Shown here one piece after another: positions 19,165 through 28,475 of a stretch of DNA of 60,081 bases. The stretch's first letter is position 1, and the number at the start of each line of letters is the position of its first letter. Position numbers and translations under genes: made by a program. Origin of the DNA: an uncultured Oscillospiraceae bacterium. Its GTDB lineage: Bacteria > Bacillota > Clostridia > Oscillospirales > Oscillospiraceae. The notes under the pieces were generated by a model that ran no database searches, had not been told where the DNA came from, and worked only from the letters and a program-made list of their open reading frames with translations. The DNA is taken from contig CAYOZT010000001.1 of assembly GCA_964408545.1 (NCBI GenBank), positions 1 through 60,081 on the forward strand, in the 5' to 3' direction.

Positions 19165-20580
19165 ATGTATCTGTATAATTCGACCAGTCACAAAAAGGAG
19201 CTTTTCGTCCCGAACAGCCCCGACATTGTGAAAATGTATACCTGCGGCCCGACGGTGTACCACTTCGCGCACATCGGTAACCTGCGCACCTATATCATGG
19301 AGGATGTGCTGGAAAAGGCGCTGCGCTATGAGGGATACCCGGTCAAGCGCGTGATGAATATCACGGACGTCGGCCATCTGGCCTCCGACGCCGACACGGG
19401 CGAGGACAAAATGCTCAAAGGCGCGCGCCGCGAGCACAAGACGGTCATGCAGATCGCGCGGTTTTACACCGACGCGTTCTTTGCCGACTGCGATAAACTC
19501 AATATCAAGCGACCCGACGTCGTCGAGCCGGCCACCAACTGCATCGCCGAGTATATCCACATGGTGCAGACACTGCTTGACAAAGGCAAGGCCTATTTTG
19601 CCGGCGGCAATGTCTATTTCGACACTTCCACGCTCGAAAAATACTATGTATTCGGTGAGCACGAGGAGGAAAATCTCGAGGTCGGCGTGCGCGAGGGCGT
19701 CGAGGAAGATACCAACAAGCGCAATAAAAACGATTTCGTCCTCTGGTTCACCAAGTCGAAATTCGAAGATCAGGCGCTCAAGTGGGACTCTCCGTGGGGC
19801 GTCGGCTACCCCGGCTGGCACATCGAGTGCTCCTGCATCTCGATGAAGCATTTGGGCGAGGATCTCGACATTCACGCCGGCGGTATCGACAATGCCTTCC
19901 CGCACCACACCAACGAGATCGCCCAGAGTGAAAGTTATCTCGGGCACAAGTGGTGCAATTACTGGTTCCATGTCCACCATCTGAACACCGAGGGCGGCAA
20001 AATGTCCAAATCGAAGGGCGAGTTTTTGACCGTTTCGCTGCTGGAACAGAAGGGCTACGACCCGATGGCGTACCGCCTGTTCTGCCTGCAGAGCCACTAT
20101 CGCCGCAATCTCGTTTTCTCGTGGGAAAATCTCGACAATGCCGTCGCGTCCTACGAAAAACTGGTCACGAAGATCGCCGCGCTGCGTGCCGACGGCGAAG
20201 TCGACGCCGCCGCAATGGCGCAGCTGAAGCAGCGTTTCGTTGCCGCGCTCGATGCCGACCTCAACACTTCGCTTGCCGTTACCGCGCTGTACGACGTGCT
20301 CAAGGCCAAGTGCTCCGACGCGACGAAGCGCGCCGCCATCGCCGATTTCGACCGCGTGCTGAGCCTGAACCTGCTCGCCGCGGCAGACGCCGTGCGCAAA
20401 AAGCAGACCGAGGAAGAAACTCCCGACGCCGATCCCGAGATCGACGCGCTGCTGGCCGCGCGCACCGAGGCGAAAAAGAACAAAGATTGGGCGCAGGCCG
20501 ACCGCATCCGCGACACGCTCAAGGCCATGGGCATCGAGATCATCGATACGCCGCAGGGCGCAAGATGGAGAAGAGTATGA
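19165..20580 (+). CDS. cysS: Cysteine--tRNA ligase
   Basis: CGPTVY..AHIGN, PGWHIECS, FPHHTNE, KMSKS. Confidence 0.97.
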   Translation: MYLYNSTSHKKELFVPNSPDIVKMYTCGPTVYHFAHIGNLRTYIMEDVLEKALRYEGYPVKRVMNITDVGHLASDADTGEDKMLKGARREHKTVMQIARFYTDAFFADCDKLNIKRPDVVEPATNCIAEYIHMVQTLLDKGKAYFAGGNVYFDTSTLEKYYVFGEHEEENLEVGVREGVEEDTNKRNKNDFVLWFTKSKFEDQALKWDSPWGVGYPGWHIECSCISMKHLGEDLDIHAGGIDNAFPHHTNEIAQSESYLGHKWCNYWFHVHHLNTEGGKMSKSKGEFLTVSLLEQKGYDPMAYRLFCLQSHYRRNLVFSWENLDNAVASYEKLVTKIAALRADGEVDAAAMAQLKQRFVAALDADLNTSLAVTALYDVLKAKCSDATKRAAIADFDRVLSLNLLAAADAVRKKQTEEETPDADPEIDALLAARTEAKKNKDWAQADRIRDTLKAMGIEIIDTPQGARWRRV

Positions 20581-23108
20581 AACTGCTGATCTTGGACGGC
20601 AACTCGGTCATCAACCGCGCCTTTTTCGGCGTCAAGCCGCTGACCACGCGCGAAGGGCTGTTCACCAACGCCATTTACGGCTTTTTGAACATTCTCGACC
20701 GCATGGAAAAAGAGGAATGCCCCGACGCCGTCTGCGTCGCTTTCGACCGCCACGAGCCGACCTTCCGCCACCTGCGCTACGACGGCTATAAGGCCACCCG
20801 CCACGGTATGCCCGAGGAGCTGGCCATGCAAATGCCCGTGATGAAAGACGTGCTGCGCGCCATGCGCATCCCCGTCTACGATTGCAGCGGCTGGGAAGCC
20901 GACGACGTGATCGGCACCGTCGGCAAGATCTGCTCGAATAACGCTTGGGAGTGCGTCGTCGTCACGGGCGACCGCGACAGTTTGCAGCTGATCGACGAAA
21001 ACGTGCACATCAAGCTCGTCATCACCAAGGGCGGGCAGACCACCGCTACGCTCTACACGCAGGAAAAATTCCGCGAGGAATACGGCTTCGAGCCGAAAAA
21101 ACTCGTCGATCTGAAGGCGCTGATGGGCGACTCGTCCGACAATATCCCGGGCGTCGCCGGCGTCGGCCCGAAGACGGCGACGGAACTTCTGCTGAAATTC
21201 GGCTCGCTCGACGGCGTGTACGAAAATCTTTCGGACGAGTCCATCCGCCCGAAATTGCGCGAAAAACTCGAAAATGACCGCGAAAATGCCTATCTTTCCT
21301 ATGAATTGGCAACGATCGTTCCCGAGGCGCCGATCGATTTTGCACCCGAGGATGCACTTTTGCGCCCCTACGACTGCGAAGCGCTGCTGGCGCTGTTCCG
21401 AAAACTCGAATTTGTCAAACTGATCGACAGATACGGCCTGCGTACCGCCGCGTCCGCGGCGAAAACGCCCGCGCCGAGTGCCGTTTCGCCGCTTTCCAAG
21501 GCGGAAGCTTTGCCCGGCACCGAGACGCCTTGCGCCGTTTATCTCGCGCCCGACGGCAGCCTTGCGTTGGCGTGGGAGCAGGGCGTGTATGCCATGACGC
21601 CCTTGGAAACGGCGATCAACGCGCAGTGCCTGTGCGGCCGAAACTGCATCGGCCACGACATCAAGACCCTCATGCATCGGCTGGACGAGCGGAAGATCCC
21701 CTATGGCGATTTCCTTTTCGATACGGCGCTGGCCGCCTATGATCTCAACCCCTCGCAGGCGGAATACCCCGTCTCGAAACTTGCGACCACCTTCTTGGGG
21801 CAGAGCATCGACGATGCGGACGCCGCCGCCTGCGCGCAGGCGATCTGGCAGCTGCGCCCGATCCTTCGTTCCGAGCTGGACAAGCAGGGTATGACGCAAC
21901 TGTACGACACGATCGAGCTGCCGCTGTGCGATGTGCTCTACCGCATGGAAAAGGCGGGCGTCGCCATCGATAGGCAGCAGTTGCAGCATTTCGGCGAAAT
22001 GCTCGAAACGCGCCTTGCCGCCTGCGAAACGCGGATCTACGACTATGCGGGCGGGGAGTTCAATATCAATTCGACCAAGCAGCTCGGGCAGCTGCTGTTT
22101 GAAACGCTGGGCTTACCGCCCGTGAAAAAGACCAAAACGGGCTATTCGACCAATGCCGACGTGCTCGAAAAACTCCGCGACAAGCACCCCATCATCCCCG
22201 AGATCATGGATTATCGGATGCTTTCGAAGCTCAAATCCACCTATGCCGACGGCCTGATGAAGGTCATCGGCGAGGACGGGCGCATCCGCACGACTTTCCA
22301 GAATCTCGTGACGGCGACCGGTCGCCTTTCTTCGACCGAGCCGAATTTGCAGAATATCCCCGTGCGCACCGATCTGGGCGCGGAGATCCGCAAAATGTTC
22401 GTGCCTGCCGACGGCTGCGTGCTGGTCGATGCGGATTACAGTCAGATCGAGCTGCGCGTGCTCGCGCACATTGCCGACGATCGCGTCATGCAGCACGCTT
22501 TCCTCAGCGGCGAGGACGTCCATACGGTGACGGCCGCGCAGGTCTTCGGCGTTTCGCCGCAGGAGGTCACGCCCTTGCAGCGGCGGCACGCCAAGGCGGT
22601 CAATTTCGGCATCGTGTACGGCATTTCGGAGTTTTCTCTGGCGGAGGATATCGGCGTTTCGCGCCACGAGGCAAAACAATACATCGAAAGCTATTTGAGC
22701 CACTACAGCGGCGTGCGCCGCTATATGAAGCAGGTCGTCGCCGATGCGCGCAGCAAAGGCTATGTCGAAACGCTCTACGGCCGCCGCCGCTATATCCCCG
22801 AGCTGAGCGCGACCAATTTCAACGTTCGTCAGGGCGCGGAGCGCATCGCGCTCAATACGCCCATTCAGGGCACGGCAGCGGACATCATCAAGCTTGCCAT
22901 GCTGCGCGTGGATCGCGCCTTGCGCGAACAATATCCCGAAGCGCGCCTTTTGCTGCAGGTGCACGACGAGCTGATCGTCGAGTGCCCCGCACAGATCGCA
23001 TCGGAGGTCGCGCAGCTCGTCAGCCGCGAGATGGAAGGCGTGGCGCAGCTTGCCGTTGCGCTGACCGCCGAGGCGAAGATCGGCAAAAACTGGTACGAGG
23101 CAAAATGA
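20577..23108 (+). CDS. polA: DNA polymerase I
   Basis: LILDGNS..RAF, EADDVIG, LMGDSSDNIPG, TGRLSS.EPNLQNIP, DYSQIELR, KAVNFGIVYG, QVHDEL; ATG overlaps the cysS stop. Confidence 0.97.
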   Translation: MKLLILDGNSVINRAFFGVKPLTTREGLFTNAIYGFLNILDRMEKEECPDAVCVAFDRHEPTFRHLRYDGYKATRHGMPEELAMQMPVMKDVLRAMRIPVYDCSGWEADDVIGTVGKICSNNAWECVVVTGDRDSLQLIDENVHIKLVITKGGQTTATLYTQEKFREEYGFEPKKLVDLKALMGDSSDNIPGVAGVGPKTATELLLKFGSLDGVYENLSDESIRPKLREKLENDRENAYLSYELATIVPEAPIDFAPEDALLRPYDCEALLALFRKLEFVKLIDRYGLRTAASAAKTPAPSAVSPLSKAEALPGTETPCAVYLAPDGSLALAWEQGVYAMTPLETAINAQCLCGRNCIGHDIKTLMHRLDERKIPYGDFLFDTALAAYDLNPSQAEYPVSKLATTFLGQSIDDADAAACAQAIWQLRPILRSELDKQGMTQLYDTIELPLCDVLYRMEKAGVAIDRQQLQHFGEMLETRLAACETRIYDYAGGEFNINSTKQLGQLLFETLGLPPVKKTKTGYSTNADVLEKLRDKHPIIPEIMDYRMLSKLKSTYADGLMKVIGEDGRIRTTFQNLVTATGRLSSTEPNLQNIPVRTDLGAEIRKMFVPADGCVLVDADYSQIELRVLAHIADDRVMQHAFLSGEDVHTVTAAQVFGVSPQEVTPLQRRHAKAVNFGIVYGISEFSLAEDIGVSRHEAKQYIESYLSHYSGVRRYMKQVVADARSKGYVETLYGRRRYIPELSATNFNVRQGAERIALNTPIQGTAADIIKLAMLRVDRALREQYPEARLLLQVHDELIVECPAQIASEVAQLVSREMEGVAQLAVALTAEAKIGKNWYEAK

Positions 23109-23548
23109 TGCAGATCTATCCGATGACTGCGCGCCATGTCGCGCAGATCGCGCAGCTGGAAATGCTGTGCTTTTCCGACCCGTGGAGCGAGCAAAGTATC
23201 GCCTCCGAACTTCAAAATCCGCTTTCGCTGTGGCTCGTCGCCGCGGAAGGGGAGTGCGTGGTCGGCTATATCGGCTCGCAGAGCGTGCTCGGCGAGGCGG
23301 ACATGATGAATGTTGCCGTGCATCCCGATCATCGGCGGCGCGGCATCGCGCGTGCGCTCATCGAGGCGCTTTGCGCGGCACTGGCGCAGGCGAATGTCCA
23401 TAGCCTGACGCTCGAAGTGCGCGCATCCAACGCCGCGGCGATCGCGTTGTATGAAACGATGGGATTTGCGACCGTCGGCCTGCGCCCGAACTACTACCGC
23501 CATCCGCGAGAGGATGCGCGCATCATGCGAAAGGAGTGGCAAGGATGA
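23105..23548 (+). CDS. rimI: Ribosomal protein S18 N-acetyltransferase
   Basis: FSDPWS, NVAVHPDHRRRGIA, LEVRASN, RPNYY; adjacent to tsaD. Confidence 0.9.
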   Translation: MMQIYPMTARHVAQIAQLEMLCFSDPWSEQSIASELQNPLSLWLVAAEGECVVGYIGSQSVLGEADMMNVAVHPDHRRRGIARALIEALCAALAQANVHSLTLEVRASNAAAIALYETMGFATVGLRPNYYRHPREDARIMRKEWQG

Positions 23549-24561
23549 ACATTCTTGCAATCGAGTCGTCTTGCGACGAGACGGCCGTCGCCGTCATCCG
23601 AAACGGACGGGAAGTATTGTGCGACTGCATCGCTTCGCAGGTCGCACTGCACCGCGAATACGGCGGCGTCGTACCCGAGATCGCGTCGCGCAAGCATATC
23701 GAGGCGATCTACGGCTTGGCCGAGCGCGCGCTGGCGGAGAGTGCCCTGACGCGTGCGGATATCGATGCGGTCGCCGTCACCTATGCGCCGGGACTCATCG
23801 GTGCGGTGCTCGTCGGCGTGAATTTCGCCAAAGCCGCCGCGCTCGCGATGGACAAGCCACTCATCCCCGTGCATCACATTCGCGGCCACATTGCAGCCAA
23901 TTATCTGGCATATCCCGAACTCGAGCCGCCGTTTTTGTGCCTTGTCGTCTCGGGCGGGCATACCATGATCGTCGATGTGCGCGATTACACCGATATGCAG
24001 ATTCTGGGCACGACGCTCGACGATGCGGCGGGCGAAAGTTTCGACAAGGTCGCCCGCGTGCTCGGGATGCCTTATCCCGGCGGCGCCGCGCTCGACCTCG
24101 CCGCCCGCAGCGGCGACGACAAAAAATACCCTCTTCCGCGCAGCAAACCCGGCGAAAACCCGTATAACATGAGCTTTTCGGGGCTGAAGACCGCCGCGTT
24201 GAACCTCATCCACCACGCCGAGCAGGTCGGCGAGCAGCTCGATATCCCGAGCCTGTGCGCGTCGTTCTCGGCGGCGGTGTCGGATACGCTCGTGCCGCGC
24301 GTCGTGCGCGCCCTGCGCCAGACCCGCTACCGTAAACTCGCCGTGGCCGGCGGCGTGGCGGCCAATTCGCGCATCCGCGCCGATATGCTCGCCGCCGCGC
24401 AGACGCTGGGCGCGCAGCTGTATCTGCCGCCGCTGAGCCTGTGCGGCGACAACGGCGCCATGATCGGCGCGCAGGCATATTACGAGTATTTGGCGGGCAA
24501 CACCGCGGATATGAGCCTCAACGCCTACGCGACCAAGTCCATCGTGGGGGAGATGCTCTGA
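23545..24561 (+). CDS. tsaD: tRNA t6A37 threonylcarbamoyltransferase
   Basis: IESSCDET, GGVVPEIASRKH, HHIRGH, SGGHT, DDAAGESFDK, DNGAMI. Confidence 0.97.
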   Translation: MNILAIESSCDETAVAVIRNGREVLCDCIASQVALHREYGGVVPEIASRKHIEAIYGLAERALAESALTRADIDAVAVTYAPGLIGAVLVGVNFAKAAALAMDKPLIPVHHIRGHIAANYLAYPELEPPFLCLVVSGGHTMIVDVRDYTDMQILGTTLDDAAGESFDKVARVLGMPYPGGAALDLAARSGDDKKYPLPRSKPGENPYNMSFSGLKTAALNLIHHAEQVGEQLDIPSLCASFSAAVSDTLVPRVVRALRQTRYRKLAVAGGVAANSRIRADMLAAAQTLGAQLYLPPLSLCGDNGAMIGAQAYYEYLAGNTADMSLNAYATKSIVGEML

Positions 24562-25025
24562 TGCTCCTTGTTTTCGACAAGTTGCGTTCGCTCCGTTTTT
24601 CCGAGCTGACGGAGGTCTACGCCGAGTCCTTGGGGAAAGACGGCGCGCAGCGGCTGCTTCGGGCGCAGCAGGAGTTATATGCATATCTGCGGCAGGAGTT
24701 TTTTACACGCGCGGGCGACCGCTACTGCATCTGGGAGGAAGCGGGCGAATACGTCTGCGCGCTGCGCTTGCAGCGCTTTGAGGACGGTCTGCTGCTCGAT
24801 GCGCTCGAAACGCGCCCGAGTTGCCGCCGACGCGGATACGCGCAAAAACTCCTTGAGGCCGTTTCCGAAAGCACACGCGGCGTAACGCTCTACAGCCACA
24901 TCCGTTTCGACAATCGCGCCTCCCGCGCGCTGCACGAAAAATGCGGCTTTCGCAAATGCCGAGCGTTTTCCCGCCTTGCCGACGGCTCGGTCGATCCGCA
25001 CTGCGCGACTTTTTGCCGCGAATAG
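24561..25025 (+). CDS. GNAT family N-acetyltransferase
   Basis: LETRPSCRRRGYA, N.ASRALHEKCGF; start overlaps the tsaD stop. Confidence 0.85.
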   Translation: MLLVFDKLRSLRFSELTEVYAESLGKDGAQRLLRAQQELYAYLRQEFFTRAGDRYCIWEEAGEYVCALRLQRFEDGLLLDALETRPSCRRRGYAQKLLEAVSESTRGVTLYSHIRFDNRASRALHEKCGFRKCRAFSRLADGSVDPHCATFCRE

Positions 25026-25069
25026 CCGCCGCGCGAGCGGAACACACGCGCGACATGGGCAAAATCACC

Positions 25070-25098
25070 AAAACGGAGGGATGCATTCCCTCCGTTTT
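25070..25098. terminator. Intrinsic terminator ending the cysS-polA-tsaD run
   Basis: AAAACGGAGGGA-TGCAT-TCCCTCCGTTTT. Confidence 0.8.
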
Positions 25099-25151
25099 CT
25101 GCCTGTTTCGGGCGGAATTGACAAAAAGCGCTTGAAAGTTTCAAAAAATGC

Positions 25152-25178
25152 TTGACAGAATATATATATATATATAAT
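25152..25178 (+). promoter_or_regulatory. SigA promoter of the pilin gene with a (TA)8 microsatellite in the spacer
   Basis: TTGACA 25152-25157, GAA, (TA)8 25161-25176, TATAAT 25173-25178; spacer 15 nt. Confidence 0.8.
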
Positions 25179-25238
25179 TGCCTTAGTTTCGGGACAAGCC
25201 CGAGATAAAAGAAACTTTTTAGGAGGAAAACACAACTT

Positions 25239-25607
25239 ATGAAAAAACTGAACAAAAAAGGCTTCACCATCGTGGAGCTGGTCATCGTCATCGCGGTCAT
25301 CGCGATCTTGGCCGCCGTCCTGATCCCGACCTATAGCAGTGTCGTCGAGAAGGCGAACAAGTCCGCTGCCATGCAGGAGGGTGCTGCCCTTTACAAGGAA
25401 GCGCTTGCGCTTGATCTGTCCGACGGCGTGCAGGATGGCAAAGATGGTGAAACTAAGATTGAGACCGTCAACGGCAAAAATGTTACATACACTGTTACAA
25501 CCACTAACGGCACTACCACTATTAAGTTCGTATACACCGCCAAGGCCTATAAGGTAACATATGATGGCACAAAGTGGGAATATACGACGGTTAGTACTAA
25601 TAGCTAA
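25239..25607 (+). CDS. Type IV pilin (class III signal peptide)
   Basis: MKKLNKKG|FTIVELVIVIAVIAILAAVLIP with E at +5; AGGAGG RBS; 122 aa; own promoter and terminator. Confidence 0.93.
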   Translation: MKKLNKKGFTIVELVIVIAVIAILAAVLIPTYSSVVEKANKSAAMQEGAALYKEALALDLSDGVQDGKDGETKIETVNGKNVTYTVTTTNGTTTIKFVYTAKAYKVTYDGTKWEYTTVSTNS

Positions 25608-25661
25608 TAATAGTGGAGAATAATTTACCTGTTTCTTTTGTTGAGTTTCTGTAAAAAGGGT

Positions 25662-25697
25662 CGAGGGACGCGAAATGCGTCCCTCGGTTCTTTTTTT
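25662..25697 (+). terminator. Intrinsic terminator of the pilin gene
   Basis: CGAGGGACGC-GAAAT-GCGTCCCTCG followed by GTTCTTTTTTT. Confidence 0.85.
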
Positions 25698-25715
25698 ATG
25701 CCGCCGCAGTCAGGC

Positions 25716-26180
25716 GTAGGGGGCGGCGCCTTCGACGCCCCGCATGATACGCGCCGGATCATCGATCACCCATCGTAGGGACCGGCGTCCTCGACGGTCC
25801 ACGTTCTACCGTGTACGGGCGGACGCCTCTGTCCGCCCGCAAAAACGCCAATGCCACAGTAGGGCGGGGACACGTCCCCGCCGCCCCATTCCGACGCTTG
25901 AGTGGCCGAATGCACGCACCATGTCCCGATGTTTGTGCCGCTACTGTAGGGAAGAGGCCATGCCTCTTCCGAGCGGGCGGCTATCGGCCGCCCGCCGCGC
26001 CGTAGGCGCGAAAAAAACGGATCCTTTGACTCGCTATCGCTCGCTCAGGATGACATATTTTCACTTTTTGCCATTGTCCGACGGCGCAATTATCGTACGG
26101 GGCGGCGGGGATATATCCCCACCCTACCGCGCATCGCCGGAGATGGGGAACGCGGGACGCCGAGGGCGTCGTCCCCTACA
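25716..26180. repeat. Cluster of REP-like GTAG-tagged palindromes plus one TGTC-tagged element
   Basis: GTAG/GTAC plus GC-rich hairpin at 25716, 25775, 25813, 25859, 25946 (+) and 26127, 26179 (-); minus-strand TGTCATCCTGAGCGAGCG..AGGATCC at 26019-26055. Confidence 0.75.
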
Positions 26181-26231
26181 AGCGTGGGGAACACGGGACT
26201 GCGACGAAAATCTTTGCAGCTCGCTCGTTTT

Positions 26232-26909
26232 TCAAATCGTTTCGACCTGTGTGACATACACGGTGTCGTCGTGCACTTGAAAGCGAATATCATAGCCCGC
26301 GAACGATAGGCCGTACAAGCGCTGCGGATCGTTCTGATAGCGCGGGCGCGGATCGTGCGCGAGCACGCCGACGGCGGCCTCACGCTTATCGAGCGGGAGC
26401 TTTTGCAGCAGGGCGGGGGGAAAATCGACGGCAAGCAAGCTGCCCGATGTCCCGTCCGTGAAGCCGCCGAGCGCATCGGGGCGACAATCGGCGTAGGGAA
26501 TGTAGGGCTTGATGTCGAAAATGGGCGTCCCGTCGAGAAGGTCTGCGCCGCCGACATGGATGACCGTGCCGAACTGCGCCGCTTCCTCCGTGCCGAGGAA
26601 GCGCACGCACGAAAGGCCGAGGCTGTTCGGGCGGAAGGGCGAGCGCGTGGCAAACACACCCATGCGGGTGTTTCCGCCCAGGCGCGGCGGCCGCACGGTC
26701 GGCGACCATTCGCTGCGCACGGCCTGCGAAAACTGCCAGATGAGCCAAAGGTGCGAAAAACCGTCGAGCCCGCGCAATGCGTCGGCGTTGCGATATTTCG
26801 GCTCAAACACGATCGTCGCGCGCAGCTGCTCGACGATGCCGCTTTGGCGCGGAATGCCGAACTTTTCGGAAAAATCGCTGCGAATATGGGCAATGGGCAG
26901 GATCTCCAT
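26232..26909 (-). CDS. trmO: tRNA m6t6A37 methyltransferase TrmO (TsaA)
   Basis: EKFGIPRQSG, GLDGFSHLW, VRPPRLGGN, GVFATRSPFRPN, DIKPY, DPRP. Confidence 0.93.
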   Translation of the reverse strand: MEILPIAHIRSDFSEKFGIPRQSGIVEQLRATIVFEPKYRNADALRGLDGFSHLWLIWQFSQAVRSEWSPTVRPPRLGGNTRMGVFATRSPFRPNSLGLSCVRFLGTEEAAQFGTVIHVGGADLLDGTPIFDIKPYIPYADCRPDALGGFTDGTSGSLLAVDFPPALLQKLPLDKREAAVGVLAHDPRPRYQNDPQRLYGLSFAGYDIRFQVHDDTVYVTQVETI

Positions 26910-26910
26910 C

Positions 26911-27723
26911 TTATGCCCTCCGCTTTCTCAGGCAGAAGGTGACGGCAAACACGAGCGCGAGCACCAGCGAGATCGCCGCGCCCGCAGACGCGCCGAGGAA
27001 GAAGGACGCAAGCAGTCCGCTCAAGCCCGCCAGCAATGCAAACGCGACGGAGAACAGATGATATTGCCGCAGATTTTTCGCCACGTTCCGCGCCGCCGCG
27101 GCGGGAAGCACCAGCAAGGAATTGAGGATCATCAGTCCGACATTGGAGATGGTCAGTGTGACGACGACGGCAATGAGCACGGTGAAAGCCGTCTGCATGG
27201 TGCGCACGGGCACGCCGCGCGAGGAAGCCAGCTGCGGATAGACGCTGCTGAGCGTCAGACGGTTGGCGCACAGCAGCCAGAACGCGACCACCGCAAGCAA
27301 AACGAGCAGCAGCGCGACGAGCTCGCCCGAAGAAACGGACAAAATGTCGCCGATGAGATATTGATTGTATTTCGTGAAGCTGTCACCGCCGAGCGTCGCG
27401 ATAAAGATACCCAGCGCGACGGCGGCACTCGAGAAAACACCGATGAGCGTGTCCGCCGCCTGATTGCTGCGATGGCGGACATAGGAGAACAGCAGCGCAA
27501 ACAGCACGCTGAAAACGACCGCTGCCCACAGCGGCGCGGCAACGCCGCAGATACAGCCGATGGCGATGCCCGTAAATGCGGAGTGGCCGAGCGCATCGGA
27601 GAAAAAGCTCATGCGTCCCGTCACGACCATGGTCGACAGCAGACCGAACAGCGGCGCCATGATCAGAACGGCAAAAAAGGCGTTGCGCATAAATTGATAG
27701 TTGAAAATGTCCCAAATACTCAT
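26911..27723 (-). CDS. znuB: Zn/Mn ABC transporter permease
   Basis: FMRNAF, SFFSDALGHSAFTG, LIGDIL, LLVLPAAAA; multiple TM helices. Confidence 0.88.
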   Translation of the reverse strand: MSIWDIFNYQFMRNAFFAVLIMAPLFGLLSTMVVTGRMSFFSDALGHSAFTGIAIGCICGVAAPLWAAVVFSVLFALLFSYVRHRSNQAADTLIGVFSSAAVALGIFIATLGGDSFTKYNQYLIGDILSVSSGELVALLLVLLAVVAFWLLCANRLTLSSVYPQLASSRGVPVRTMQTAFTVLIAVVVTLTISNVGLMILNSLLVLPAAAARNVAKNLRQYHLFSVAFALLAGLSGLLASFFLGASAGAAISLVLALVFAVTFCLRKRRA

Positions 27724-28475
27724 TGCTCGGCACCTCCCGTCATGCGGAAGATCCGCTTGAATTCCTCGCTCGAGAGCACCTCCTGTGCCGTACCGAGGCG
27801 CACGATGCGGTGGTCGATGAGGGCGACCTGATCGGCGTAGCGCGAAAGGGAGGTGAAATCGTGTGTGGTCATGAGGATGGACAGATCGTAGGTGTGGCGG
27901 ATTTCGTCGAGCATATCCATCAGGCCGCTTTGCCCTTCGACGTCCACGCCGGAAAGCGGCTCGTCGAGGATGAGGATGTTCGGGATCGGCTCGAGCGCAA
28001 GCGCGAGCAGCACGCGCTGCAGTTCGCCGCCCGAGAGCGTGCCGACGCGCTTGTCGATCAGCTCGGTGGCGTGCACGCGCTCCAGACAATCGAGGATTTT
28101 CTCGCGATCTTTTTTCCCCACACCCAGAAAAACGGGACGACGACTTTGGCAGCAGGCGAAAAGATCGGCCACAGAGATCGGATCGCCCGCGTCGAAGGCG
28201 GGACTTTGCGGCACATAGCCGATCTTCATGCTGCGCCCGCGGCTGCCGAGCGCGGAGAAGGCGATGACGCCGTCGTATTCGAGCTGGCCGAGAACAGCCT
28301 TGAGCAGCGTGCTTTTGCCCGCGCCGTTCGGGCCGATGAGCGCGACCAGCTGGCCGCAGTGAACGTGCATATTGACATCGGAAAGGATCTGCTCGTTTCC
28401 GATTTTTACGGACAGATCCTGCACCCGCAGGCAGCACGAATCGCCGCATTTTCCGCCGTGGACGGTAGCTTTCAT
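27720..28475 (-). CDS. znuC: Zn/Mn ABC transporter ATPase
   Basis: GPNGAGKST, GYVPQ, LSGGELQR, ILILDEP, THD. Confidence 0.9.
   Translation of the reverse strand: MKATVHGGKCGDSCCLRVQDLSVKIGNEQILSDVNMHVHCGQLVALIGPNGAGKSTLLKAVLGQLEYDGVIAFSALGSRGRSMKIGYVPQSPAFDAGDPISVADLFACCQSRRPVFLGVGKKDREKILDCLERVHATELIDKRVGTLSGGELQRVLLALALEPIPNILILDEPLSGVDVEGQSGLMDMLDEIRHTYDLSILMTTHDFTSLSRYADQVALIDHRIVRLGTAQEVLSSEEFKRIFRMTGGAEQ

Noticed and set aside
19950-20576. N-terminal extension of PolA (1052-aa ORF call)
   Set aside because: Overlaps cysS in another frame; the true start is the ATG at 20577 coupled to the cysS stop
13125-22000. Long antisense ORFs such as 13125-15140, 17070-19166 and 20151-21989
   Set aside because: Shadow frames of GC-rich genes; no motifs, and the opposite strand encodes clear conserved proteins
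25180-25238. c-di-GMP riboswitch before the pilin, as for C. difficile pilA1
   Set aside because: Leader is only about 55 nt with one small hairpin; no class I or II consensus is visible
25716-26180. CRISPR array
   Set aside because: Units are not identical direct repeats, spacing is irregular, both orientations occur, and no cas genes are in the window
25744-26280. 178-aa ORF downstream of the pilin
   Set aside because: Arg/Pro-rich translation of GC hairpins, no RBS or recognisable motifs, and it overlaps trmO
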